This document shows, in pieces, positions 1 to 7,810 of a stretch of 8,773 nt of DNA. The position numbers were made by a program, and so were the translations under genes. This stretch comes from a virus (lineage: Duplodnaviria > Heunggongvirae > Uroviricota > Caudoviricetes): IMG/VR virus record IMGVR_UViG_2671180433_000013. The stretch is one strand, 5' to 3'. A model generated the notes under the pieces. The model did not search any database, was not told where the DNA came from, and saw only the letters and a list, made by a program, of their open reading frames with translations. Each line of letters begins with the position of its first letter. Position 1 is the first letter of the stretch.

Positions 1-1429
1 AGTACGGCTGAGGCGGGTTCGGTGATCACCCAGTTCAGCCAGGCGCTGGCACAGGGTGTGTTGCGCGGTGAGGAATTTAATTCGGTCAATGAAAGCGGAG
101 ACCGGATCATTCGTGCACTGGCTGCGGGTATGGGCGTGGCCCGTAAAGACCTTAAGGCGATGGCGGACGACGGCAAACTGACGGCGGATAAAGTCGTTCC
201 TGCGTTAATCAGCCAGCTGGGGACATTGCGTGATGAATATGCCGCCATGCCGGAAACGGTTTCCAGTAGTATCACGAAGGTGGAAAACGCCTTTATGGCC
301 TGGGTGGGCGGTGCGAATGAGGCCAGCGGGGTGACGAAAACGCTCTCCGGTGCGCTGAACGGTGTTGCCGGCAATATTGATAATGTGGCCGCGGCAGCAG
401 GTGTGCTGGTTGCTGTCGGGGTTGCACGCTACTTTGGCAATATGGCCTCCGGAGCGATGTCTGCCACGGCAGGACTTGTGACGGCTGCACGTAATGAAGT
501 TGCACTGGCGGAAGCACAGTTCAGGGGAACGCAGATTGCCACGGCGCGGGCAAGGGCAGCCGTGTACCGTGCTCAGCAGGCCGTGGCGGCAGCCCGCGGG
601 ACGGAGATGCAGATTGCAGCAGAGGCCCGTCTGGCGGCCACACAGGAACGCCTGAACAGAAATATTGCTGCCAGAAGCGCCGCCCAGAATGCGCTGAACA
701 GTACAACGGCGGTGGGCTCACGTCTGATGAGCGGTGCGCTGGGACTGGTTGGAGGCGTACCCGGACTGGTGATGCTGGGAGCTGCCGCATGGTACACGCT
801 GTACCAGAATCAGGAACAGGCCAGGGAGTCTGCGCGCCAGTATGCACTGACGATAGATGAAATCGCGCATAAAACGCCATCAATGTCTCTGCCTGAAGCC
901 TCAGATAACGAAGGGCGAACACGGGAGGCGCTGACAGAGCAAAACCGGCTGATTGATGAGCAGGCCAGCCGGGTGAAATCCCTGCAGGAAAAAATCGCCG
1001 GGTATCAGTATGTGCTGGCGAACCCGGGCTGGACGACCGGTGACGGATTCATGATAAACCATCTGACCTCGGTGAAGACCGTAACGGAAGGGCTTGCTCA
1101 GGCAACAGAGCAGCTTGCCGTTGAGCAGTCCCGTCTGGCACAGATGCAGGAAAAAGCGCAGTCCATTCAGGATGTGCTTGCCGGGCTGGAAGACCGTCGT
1201 GTGGCGTTAATTCGTCAGCAGGCGGCAGAGCAGAATAAGGCGTACCAGTCCATGCTGGTTATGAACGGTCAGCATACGGAATTCAACCGTCTGCTGGGGC
1301 TGGGTAATGAACTGCTTCAGCAGCGGCAGGGACTGGTGAATGTGCCGTTACGGCTGCCACAGGCCACTCTGGATGATAAACAGCAGAGTGCCCTGACAAA
1401 AACAGAGCGTGAGCTGGCCCTGTCCAGAC
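1..1429 (+). CDS. H: Tail tape-measure protein, internal fragment (copy A); open from the window edge and ending at a single N at 1430
   Basis: Frame 1 is open from base 1 (the track's GTG at 22 is not a real start). The translation is near-identical to the copy at 1556..2984 and continues the same protein family as the gpH-like C-terminus at 3421..4736. The frame breaks at N (1430) and reads SRXFFG-stop through the junction. Confidence 0.6.
1..1429 (+). repeat. Repeat copy 1 of the tape-measure segment (window-truncated at its 5' end)
   Basis: 1..1429 aligns base-for-base with 1556..2984 (offset 1555) apart from scattered and clustered substitutions. It ends at the same ...CTGTCCAGAC breakpoint. 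Confidence 0.9.
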
Positions 1430-1441
1430 NCTTTTTCGGAT

Positions 1442-2984
1442 AATGCGGCCCTGTTTGCCCGTTCGGCTGCCTCGATGCGTGAATATGGTTACAGTGCTGA
1501 TGATGTGCTGAAGGTGACGGAGGCCATTTCCACGGGGCTGAAAATCTCCGGTGCCAGTACGGCTGAGGCGGGTTCGGTGATCACCCAGTTCAGCCAGGCG
1601 CTGGCACAGGGTGTGTTGCGCGGTGAGGAATTTAATTCGGTCAATGAAAGTGGTGACCGGATCATTCGTGCACTGGCTGCAGGCATGGGCGTGGCCCGTA
1701 AAGATCTGAAGGCGATGGCGGACGACGGCAAACTGACGGCGGATAAAGTCGTGCCCGCGTTAATCAGCCAGCTGGGGACATTGCGTGATGAATATGCCGC
1801 CATGCCAGAAACGGTCTCTGACGGGATCACAAAGGTGGAAAACGCCTTTATGGCCTGGGTGGGTGGTGCGAATGAGGCCAGCGGGGTGACGAAAACGCTC
1901 TCCGGCGTGCTGAACGGTGTTGCCGGACAGATTGATAATGTGGCAACAGCCGTGGGGGCACTGGTTGCCGTCGGGGTTGCCCGGTACTTTGGCAATATGG
2001 CCTCCGGAGCGATGTCTGCCACGGCAGGACTTGTGACGGCTGCACGTAATGAAGTTGCACTGGCGGAAGCACAGTTCAGGGGAACGCAGATTGCCACGGC
2101 GCGGGCAAGAGCAGCCGTGTACCGTGCTCAGCAGGCCATGGCGGCAGCCCGCGGGACGGAGATGCAGATTGCAGCAGAGGCCCGTCTGGCGGCCACACAG
2201 GAACGCCTGAACAGAAATATTGCTGCCAGAAGCGCCGCCCAGAATGCGCTGAACAGTACAACGGCGGTGGGCTCACGTCTGATGAGCGGTGCGCTGGGAC
2301 TGGTTGGAGGCGTACCCGGACTGGTGATGCTGGGGGCTGCAGCATGGTACACGCTGTACCAGAATCAGGAGCAGGCCAGGGAGTCTGCGCGCCAGTATGC
2401 ACTGACGATAGATGAAATCGCGCATAAAACGCCGTCAATGTCTTTGCCTGAAGCCTCAGATAATGAAGGACGAACACGGGCGGCGCTGACAGAGCAGAAC
2501 CGGCTGATTGATGAACAGGCCAGTCGGGTGAAATCCCTGCAGGAAAAAATCGCAGGATATCAGTATGTTCTGGCGAACCCGGGCTGGACGACCGGTGACG
2601 GATTCATGATAAACCATCTGACCTCGGTGAAGACCGTAACGGAAGGGCTTGCTCAGGCAACAGAGCAGCTTGCCGTTGAGCAGTCCCGTCTGGCACAGAT
2701 GCAGGAAAAAGCGCAGTCCATTCAGGATGTGCTTGCCGGGCTGGAAGACCGTCGTGTGGCGTTAATTCGTCAGCAGGCGGCAGAGCAGAATAAGGCGTAC
2801 CAGTCCATGCTGGTTATGAACGGTCAGCATACGGAATTCAACCGTCTGCTGGGGCTGGGTAATGAACTGCTTCAGCAGCGGCAGGGACTGGTGAATGTGC
2901 CGTTACGGCTGCCACAGGCCACTCTGGATGATAAACAGCAGAGTGCCCTGACAAAAACAGAGCGTGAGCTGGCCCTGTCCAGAC
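1442..2984 (+). CDS. H: Tail tape-measure protein, internal fragment (copy B), running into a 21-N gap
   Basis: Frame 2 ORF reads [49 protein letters not shown]..., then repeats the copy-A sequence with a few substitutions. It ends at ...TERELALSR directly before the N run at 2985..3005. No start codon is needed because it is an internal fragment. Confidence 0.6.
1556..2984 (+). repeat. Repeat copy 2 of the tape-measure segment
   Basis: Direct repeat of 1..1429. It is preceded by 125 bp (1431..1555) of tape-measure sequence that copy 1 lacks only because the window starts there. Confidence 0.9.
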
Positions 2985-3005
2985 NNNNNNNNNNNNNNNN
3001 NNNNN
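2985..3005. other. Run of 21 N (scaffold or assembly gap); a single N also sits at 1430
   Basis: Literal n characters in the sequence, both placed exactly at the repeat-unit breakpoint after ...CCAGAC. Confidence 0.95.
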
Positions 3006-3420
3006 CTGGCGAACCCGGGCTGGACGACCGGTGACGGATTCATGATAAACCATCTGACCTCGGTGAAGACCGTAACGGAAGGGCTTGCTCAGGCAACAGA
3101 GCAGCTTGCCGTTGAGCAGTCCCGTCTGGCACAGATGCAGGAAAAAGCGCAGTCCATTCAGGATGTGCTTGCCGGGCTGGAAGACCGTCGTGTGGCGTTA
3201 ATTCGTCAGCAGGCGGCAGAGCAGAATAAGGTGTACCAGTCCATGCTGGTTATGAATGGTCAGCATACGGAATTCAACCGTCTGCTGGGGCTGGGTAATG
3301 AACTGCTTCAGCAGCGGCAGGGACTGGTGAATGTGCCGTTACGGCTGCCACAGGCCACTCTGGATGATAAACAGCAGAGTGCCCTGACAAAAACAGAGCG
3401 TGAGCTGGCCCTGTCCAGAC
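3006..3420 (+). repeat. Partial repeat copy 3 (last 415 bp of the unit) immediately after the N gap
   Basis: 3006..3420 matches 2570..2984 and 1015..1429. It differs by an A-to-V substitution (KAYQSM to KVYQSM). Unique sequence follows from 3421. Confidence 0.9.
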
Positions 3421-4736
3421 TGAAAGGGGAGGAAAAAGAGCGTGCCCGGCTGGGGTATGCGGCGGATGACCTTGGTTTTGTGGGGGATTCGTATCAGGAG
3501 GCGAGACAGCGTTATATCAGTAATGCTCTGGAAGCCTGGCGTAATAACGAGGCGAACAAACCTAAATCCCGGGGTGGAAAATCAGAGACGGAAAAAGCGG
3601 AAGACAGTTTTTCCCGGCTACTGAAGCAGCAGAAAGAGCAACTGGCACTGGCGGGTCAGAATACAGAGCTGGCGAAGCTGAAGTACCAGACTGCGCAGGG
3701 CGAACTGAAAACCCTGACGGAGATGCAGAAGCAGGAACTGCTGCGTAACGCGACCCTGATTGACCAGCAAAAAATCCGGGAACAGTTGCGATCCCGGGAA
3801 GAGACCCTGAAGAATGATAATGTGGCTGCGCGTGCATCAAATGAAGCCGAACTGCTGGGGTACGGGCAGGGAGAACGAGCCAGGGAACGCATGCGGGAGT
3901 TGCAGCAGATCCGCGACAGCTTCCGCCAGAAGGATGCGGACCTTCAGTCTCAGTATCAGACCGGGGATATCAGTGAGGATTTTTACAGACAGGCACGGGC
4001 ACAGAACGCGCAGTATCTGAGCGAACGCCTTAAGGACCAGGCAGCCTTTTATGCCGAATCGGATGTGCAGCGTGCGGACTGGCAGAAAGGGCTGCAGGAG
4101 GGGTTCAGTAACTGGGTGGATAATGCGTCCGATTACGCCTCACAGGCAGCACAGCTTGCGACGGAGGGTATCTCAGGGATGGTGAATAACATCACGGAGA
4201 TGCTGAACGGGAATAAAGTGGAATGGCGCAACTGGGCCTCATCAGTGCTGCAGGAAATATCAAAAGTTCTTATGAATGCCGCGATTGTCAACGGGATCAA
4301 GACGGCGGCAAACAGTATGTCCGGTGCAGGAGGATTTATTGGCAGCATTGGTGACTGGCTGGGCGGTGCGGTGGCCAATGCAAAAGGCGGCGTGTATACC
4401 TCGGCAAACCTGAGCGCGTACAGCAACAGTATTGTGGATACGCCCACGTACTTTGCCTTTGCAAAAGGGGCCGGGCTGATGGGGGAAGCAGGACCTGAAG
4501 CCATAATGCCCCTGACCCGGGCGGCGGATGGCTCGCTGGGGGTGCGAGCGGTGGGCAGTATGAACGGTAGTGCGGGCCTGGTGTATTCCCCGGTCTACCA
4601 TATCGCCATTCAGAATGACGGGACTAATGGCCAGATAGGGCCGGAGGCGGCAGGCAGCCTTGCGCAACTGATTGACCAGCGGGTGCAGGCGGTGATGCTG
4701 TCCATGCGACGTGACGGAGGAATACTGAGTGGCTGA
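3006..4736 (+). CDS. H: Tail tape-measure protein, C-terminal portion (lambda gpH-like); stop TGA at 4734..4736
   Basis: Frame 0 ORF. The first 415 nt repeat the end of copies A and B, then unique sequence follows (SRLKGEEKERARLGY...). There is a long charged, coiled-coil-like stretch and a C-terminus with NDGTNGQIGP and RDGGILSG, recalling the lambda gpH C-terminus (NDGTNGQIGP...RDGG). Position immediately upstream of M/L/K/I fits. Confidence 0.8.
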   Translation: MANPGWTTGDGFMINHLTSVKTVTEGLAQATEQLAVEQSRLAQMQEKAQSIQDVLAGLEDRRVALIRQQAAEQNKVYQSMLVMNGQHTEFNRLLGLGNELLQQRQGLVNVPLRLPQATLDDKQQSALTKTERELALSRLKGEEKERARLGYAADDLGFVGDSYQEARQRYISNALEAWRNNEANKPKSRGGKSETEKAEDSFSRLLKQQKEQLALAGQNTELAKLKYQTAQGELKTLTEMQKQELLRNATLIDQQKIREQLRSREETLKNDNVAARASNEAELLGYGQGERARERMRELQQIRDSFRQKDADLQSQYQTGDISEDFYRQARAQNAQYLSERLKDQAAFYAESDVQRADWQKGLQEGFSNWVDNASDYASQAAQLATEGISGMVNNITEMLNGNKVEWRNWASSVLQEISKVLMNAAIVNGIKTAANSMSGAGGFIGSIGDWLGGAVANAKGGVYTSANLSAYSNSIVDTPTYFAFAKGAGLMGEAGPEAIMPLTRAADGSLGVRAVGSMNGSAGLVYSPVYHIAIQNDGTNGQIGPEAAGSLAQLIDQRVQAVMLSMRRDGGILSG

Positions 4737-5070
4737 GATAAAAACGCTGCATCTGGTCCCGCGTGAAGGGATGCAGGTGAGTGAGAAGCCGTCGGTGGTG
4801 AGGGTGCGGTTTGGTGACGGTTATGAACAGCGCCGCCCCACAGGGCTGAATCCTCAACTGAAGACGTTTCAGGCGGTGTTCCGGGTGACGGATGAGTCAA
4901 CCCGGCGCTGGCTGGAAGAGTTTTTATCGTGGCATGGTGGTTACCGTGCCTTTTTGTGGCGACCGCCGAAACATAACCGGACGGTGAGGGTTGTGTGCCG
5001 TGAGTGGAGTGTCACGGATAATGCCCGGTACAGTGATTTCAGTTGCACGATAGAGCAGGTGGTGAACTGA
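4729..5070 (+). CDS. M: Minor tail protein M (lambda gpM homologue), 113 aa, GTG start
   Basis: Translation MAEIKTLHLVPREGMQVSEKPSVVRVRFGDGYEQRRPTGLN...IEQVVN aligns with lambda gpM (..VRKVRFGDGY..., C-terminal ..EQVVN). GGAGG at 4716..4720 lies 8 nt upstream of GTG 4729. The start overlaps the tape-measure stop (GTGGCTGA). Confidence 0.85.
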   Translation: MAEIKTLHLVPREGMQVSEKPSVVRVRFGDGYEQRRPTGLNPQLKTFQAVFRVTDESTRRWLEEFLSWHGGYRAFLWRPPKHNRTVRVVCREWSVTDNARYSDFSCTIEQVVN

Positions 5071-5768
5071 TGCAGGATATTCACGAAGAAAGCCTGAACG
5101 AGTCGGTTAAGTCAGAGCAGTCACCGCGGGTGGTACTCTGGGAAATCGACCTGACGGTACAGGGTGGTGAGCGGTATTTTTTCTGTAATGAGCTGAATGA
5201 AAAAGGGGAGCCGGTCACCTGGCAGGGGCGGCAATATCAGGCATACCCGATTGACGGCAGCGGTTTTGAGATGAGCGGGAAGGGCAGCAGTGCCCGCCCG
5301 TCGCTGACGGTGTCCAATCTGTTTGGTCTGGTCACCGGAATGGCGGAGGATTTGCAGAGCCTGGTGGGGGCCACGGTGGTCCGCCGCCGGGTGTATGCCC
5401 GTTTTCTGGATGCGGTGAATTTTGTGGCGGGCAATCCGGAAGCGGACCCGGAGCAGGAGCTGAGCGACCGCTGGGTGGTGGAGCAGATGTCAGAGCTGAC
5501 GGCCATGACAGCCTCGTTTGTGCTGGCCACACCGACCGAGACGGACGGGGCGCTGTTTCCCGGTCGCATCATGCTGGCGAACACCTGTATGTGGGATTAC
5601 CGGGGAGATGAATGCGGGTATAACGGTCCTGCGGTGGCGGATGAGTTCGATAAACCCACCACCGATATCCGTAAGGACAGATGCAGCAAGTGCATGCGCG
5701 GGTGTGAGATGCGCGGCATGGTGGCTAATTTTGGCGGTTTCCTTTCCATTAACAAACTTTCGCAGTAA
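5070..5768 (+). CDS. L: Minor tail protein L (lambda gpL homologue), 232 aa
   Basis: Starting at ATG 5070 gives MQDIHEESLNESVKSEQSPRVVLWEIDLT...GGFLSINKLSQ, collinear with lambda gpL (MQDI...VVLWEIDLT...FLSINKLSQ). It has the C-terminal Cys cluster (ECGYNGP...CSKCMRGC). The start overlaps the M stop (TGATG). The track ORF from 5043 is an upstream in-frame extension. Confidence 0.88.
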   Translation: MQDIHEESLNESVKSEQSPRVVLWEIDLTVQGGERYFFCNELNEKGEPVTWQGRQYQAYPIDGSGFEMSGKGSSARPSLTVSNLFGLVTGMAEDLQSLVGATVVRRRVYARFLDAVNFVAGNPEADPEQELSDRWVVEQMSELTAMTASFVLATPTETDGALFPGRIMLANTCMWDYRGDECGYNGPAVADEFDKPTTDIRKDRCSKCMRGCEMRGMVANFGGFLSINKLSQ

Positions 5769-5773
5769 ATCCA

Positions 5774-6517
5774 ATGACACAGACAGAATCAGCGATTCTG
5801 GCGCATGCCCGGCGGTGTGTGCCTGCGGAGTCGTGCGGCTTCGTGGTGAGAACGCCGGAGGGGGAGCGGTATATCCCTTGTGTGAATATCTCTGCAGAGC
5901 CGGAGGCGTATTTTCGTATTGCACCGGAAGACTGGCTGCGGGCAGAGATGCAGGGGGAGATTGTGGCACTGGTCCACAGTCATCCCGGTGGTCTGCCCTG
6001 GCTGAGCGAGGCCGACCGGCGGCTGCAGATAAAAAGTGCACTGTCCTGGTGGCTGGTCTGCCGGGGGGAAATTCATAAATTCCGCTGTGTGCCACATCTG
6101 ACAGGACGGCGCTTTGAGCACGGGGTGACGGACTGTTACACGCTGTTCCGGGATGCCTGCCATCTGGCGGGAATTGATATGCCGGATTTTGAGCGTGAGG
6201 ATGACTGGTGGCGCAACGGTCAGAACCTGTACCTGGACAATATGGAGGCGACTGGTTTTTACAGGATTTCCCTGCCTTCCGCACAGCCTGGCGATATCCT
6301 GCTGTGCTGCTTTGGTGCTTCGGTACCGAACCATGCCGCCATATACTGCGGCAACGGTGAGCTGCTTCACCATCTGCCTGAACAACTGAGTAAACGGGAG
6401 AGGTATTCTGAAAAATGGCAACGACGAACGCATTCTGTCTGGCGTCACCGCCACTGGCACGCATCTGCCTTCACGGGGATTTACAACGATTTGGCCGCCG
6501 CCTCAGCCTGTATGTGA
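5774..6517 (+). CDS. K: Tail assembly protein K (lambda gpK homologue) with JAMM/MPN and NlpC/P60 motifs, 247 aa
   Basis: MTQTESAILAHARRC...; JAMM-type motif HSHPGGLPWLSEAD (HxH-x7-S-x2-D); NlpC/P60-type catalytic Cys (GVTDCYTLF) and His (PNHAAIYCG). ATG at 5774 is 5 nt after the L stop. The 3' end overlaps I by 103 nt. Confidence 0.85.
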   Translation: MTQTESAILAHARRCVPAESCGFVVRTPEGERYIPCVNISAEPEAYFRIAPEDWLRAEMQGEIVALVHSHPGGLPWLSEADRRLQIKSALSWWLVCRGEIHKFRCVPHLTGRRFEHGVTDCYTLFRDACHLAGIDMPDFEREDDWWRNGQNLYLDNMEATGFYRISLPSAQPGDILLCCFGASVPNHAAIYCGNGELLHHLPEQLSKRERYSEKWQRRTHSVWRHRHWHASAFTGIYNDLAAASACM

Positions 6518-7095
6518 ACACGGCAGCGGAAGCCATTCGCGCCCTGTCGATGCAGATGCCGGGCTTTCGCCGTCAGATGAACGAAGGCTGGTACCAGATA
6601 CGTATTGCCGGTGATGACACGGCACCGGAGGCGGTGTATGCCCGTCTTCACGAACAGCTGGGTGAGGGAACGGTCATCCACATTGTGCCGCGACTGGCCG
6701 GGGCCGGAAAGGGTGGACTGCAGATTGTGCTGGGGGCGGCAGCCATCGTGGGCTCTTTCTTCACGGCCGGAGGCTCGATGGCGTTATGGGGTACAGCCCT
6801 GAGTGCCGGTGGTTTTTCTGCCACCACGATGCTGTTTTCACTGGGGGCCAGCATGATACTGGGCGGTGTGGCCCAGATGCTGGCCCCGAAGGCAAAAACA
6901 CCGGAGTACAAAAGCACGGATAACGGTAAACAGAACACGTACTTTTCCTCCCTGGATAACATGATTGCCCAGGGTAACCCGATGCCGGTGCCTTACGGGG
7001 AAATGCTGGTTGGCTCCCGCCGTATATCCCAGGACATCAGTACCCGTGATGAAGGCGGGGGCGGAAAGGTCGTGGTTATCGGGCGGCAGGGGTAA
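6415..7095 (+). CDS. I: Tail assembly protein I (lambda gpI homologue), 226 aa
   Basis: MATTNAFCLASPPLARICLHGDLQRFGRRL... matches the lambda gpI N-terminus (..ARICLYGDLQRFGRR..). Conserved hydrophobic Gly/Ala-rich segment and C-terminal ..KQNTYFSSLDNM..VVVIGR. GGAGAGG lies about 10 nt upstream of ATG 6415. Stop TAA at 7093..7095. Confidence 0.85.
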   Translation: MATTNAFCLASPPLARICLHGDLQRFGRRLSLYVNTAAEAIRALSMQMPGFRRQMNEGWYQIRIAGDDTAPEAVYARLHEQLGEGTVIHIVPRLAGAGKGGLQIVLGAAAIVGSFFTAGGSMALWGTALSAGGFSATTMLFSLGASMILGGVAQMLAPKAKTPEYKSTDNGKQNTYFSSLDNMIAQGNPMPVPYGEMLVGSRRISQDISTRDEGGGGKVVVIGRQG

Positions 7096-7134
7096 AAAGA
7101 ATAAAAAAATCCCGCAGTGTTGCGGAACTGCGGG
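7094..7134 (-). terminator. Intrinsic terminator oriented for the minus strand (3' end of the sodC transcript): 8-bp GC-rich stem plus U-tract
   Basis: Inverted repeat CCCGCAGT-gttgcgga-ACTGCGGG at 7111..7134. On the minus strand the hairpin is followed by ATTTTTTTATTCTTTTT (plus-strand A-run 7094..7110). There is no T-run after the hairpin on the plus strand. Confidence 0.6.
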
Positions 7135-7252
7135 AGCGTTACGAAGATTGAGTGTAAGGAATTATTCTTATGTCACGACAAAAACATTAACTCAGAGAGG
7201 GAGGATGTGCCGTTCTTTTCAGGGAGAAAGGATTTATCGTCCTGAGGAATAA

Positions 7253-7276
7253 AGGTAAGGGGCCCGCACCTTACCT
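7253..7276 (-). terminator. Stem-loop just 3' of the sodC stop (possible proximal terminator or stabiliser)
   Basis: Inverted repeat AGGTAAGG-ggcccgca-CCTTACCT. On the minus strand it is followed by a weak TTATT tract. Confidence 0.3.
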
Positions 7277-7282
7277 GACTGA

Positions 7283-7810
7283 TTATTGAATGATGCCGCA
7301 GGCCATTCTCGCACCACCACCGCCCAGGGGCTCCGGATGGTCATGATGGTTATCACCGCCAGCATGAAGCATGAGAGAACGCCCTTTAATCTCTTTTAAT
7401 GAGTTCAGTCTCGGGGCCAGGACCGGGTAGTTCGCTTTTCCGTCATGCGTCACGAACAGCGCAGGGAGGTCGCCCGGGTGTCCATCCGGAGACCAGGGGC
7501 CAAGATGTTTGCCGGTGTTTTTCGGGTCAAAGTGACCGCCAGCCGATAATGCTGCGACCGGTTTTCCGTCTTTCAGTGCCGGGGCGCAATTTCCTTTTTC
7601 GTGCACATGAAAACCATGAATGCCTTCAGACAGAGAGTGAAGGGCTGGTGTGAACAGCAGACCGTAGGGGGTCTCCTGAATGGTTATTTTTCCAATGCTG
7701 ACTTCTTTTCCGTCAGCACTGACAAGGTTCATTGGGACTTCCTGTTCTGCTGCGTATCCGCATGATGCTGCTGTCAGCATGGCAATGGCAGCAATGATTT
7801 TACATTTCAT
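7283..7810 (-). CDS. sodC: Periplasmic copper/zinc superoxide dismutase (SodC family), 175 aa, prophage moron
   Basis: Minus-strand ATG at 7810..7808 is preceded by GAGGG at about -6 (the track ORF extends further upstream without support). The N-terminus is signal-peptide-like ([23 protein letters not shown]). Cu,Zn-SOD signature blocks are present: [46 protein letters not shown]. Collinear with E. coli/Salmonella SodC. Stop TAA is at 7285..7283. Confidence 0.9.
   Translation of the reverse strand: MKCKIIAAIAMLTAASCGYAAEQEVPMNLVSADGKEVSIGKITIQETPYGLLFTPALHSLSEGIHGFHVHEKGNCAPALKDGKPVAALSAGGHFDPKNTGKHLGPWSPDGHPGDLPALFVTHDGKANYPVLAPRLNSLKEIKGRSLMLHAGGDNHHDHPEPLGGGGARMACGIIQ

Noticed and set aside
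293-922. Minus-strand ORFs of 74-133 aa (293..517, 521..922, 573..797) and their duplicates at 1848..2477 and 1489..2097
   Set aside because: They lie antisense inside GC-rich tape-measure coding sequence and give Pro/Ser/Arg-rich low-complexity translations. They are duplicated only because the underlying DNA is repeated. No RBS or homology support.
1-3420. Possibility that the regularly spaced repeats are a CRISPR array or a mobile-element duplication
   Set aside because: Units are about 1.4 kb of continuous protein-coding sequence with no short repeat/spacer periodicity, no terminal inverted repeats and no transposase. N characters at the junctions point to assembly scaffolding.
3442-4900. 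Short alternative-frame and antisense ORFs inside the tape-measure C-terminal region (3442..3624 +, 3562..3892 -, 3814..4020 +, 4133..4667 -, 4610..4900 -)
   Set aside because: Fully embedded in a well-supported long CDS, with no start context and low-complexity translations. Typical spurious ORFs in GC-rich DNA.
5237-6464. Long antisense ORFs (up to 324 aa) and alternative-frame ORFs (5518..6078 +, 6153..6389 +) opposite or within L and K
   Set aside because: The sense-strand products have clear gpL/gpK homology and motifs. The antisense translations are Arg/Pro/Ala-rich with no recognisable domains.
6481-6962. Antisense and alternative-frame ORFs (6481..6681 -, 6605..6802 +, 6648..6962 -) within gene I
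   Set aside because: Embedded in gpI coding sequence, with no independent support.
6965-7252. 95-aa ORF overlapping the end of I, and a 15-codon mini-ORF (7205..7252) preceded by a purine-rich GAGAGGGAGG tract
   Set aside because: The long ORF is an out-of-frame overlap with I running into the terminator region. The mini-ORF has the SD directly abutting the ATG (spacing too short) and nothing to support it as coding.
7399-7653. Plus-strand 84-aa ORF antisense to sodC
   Set aside because: Entirely inside the sodC CDS on the opposite strand; no RBS and no homology.
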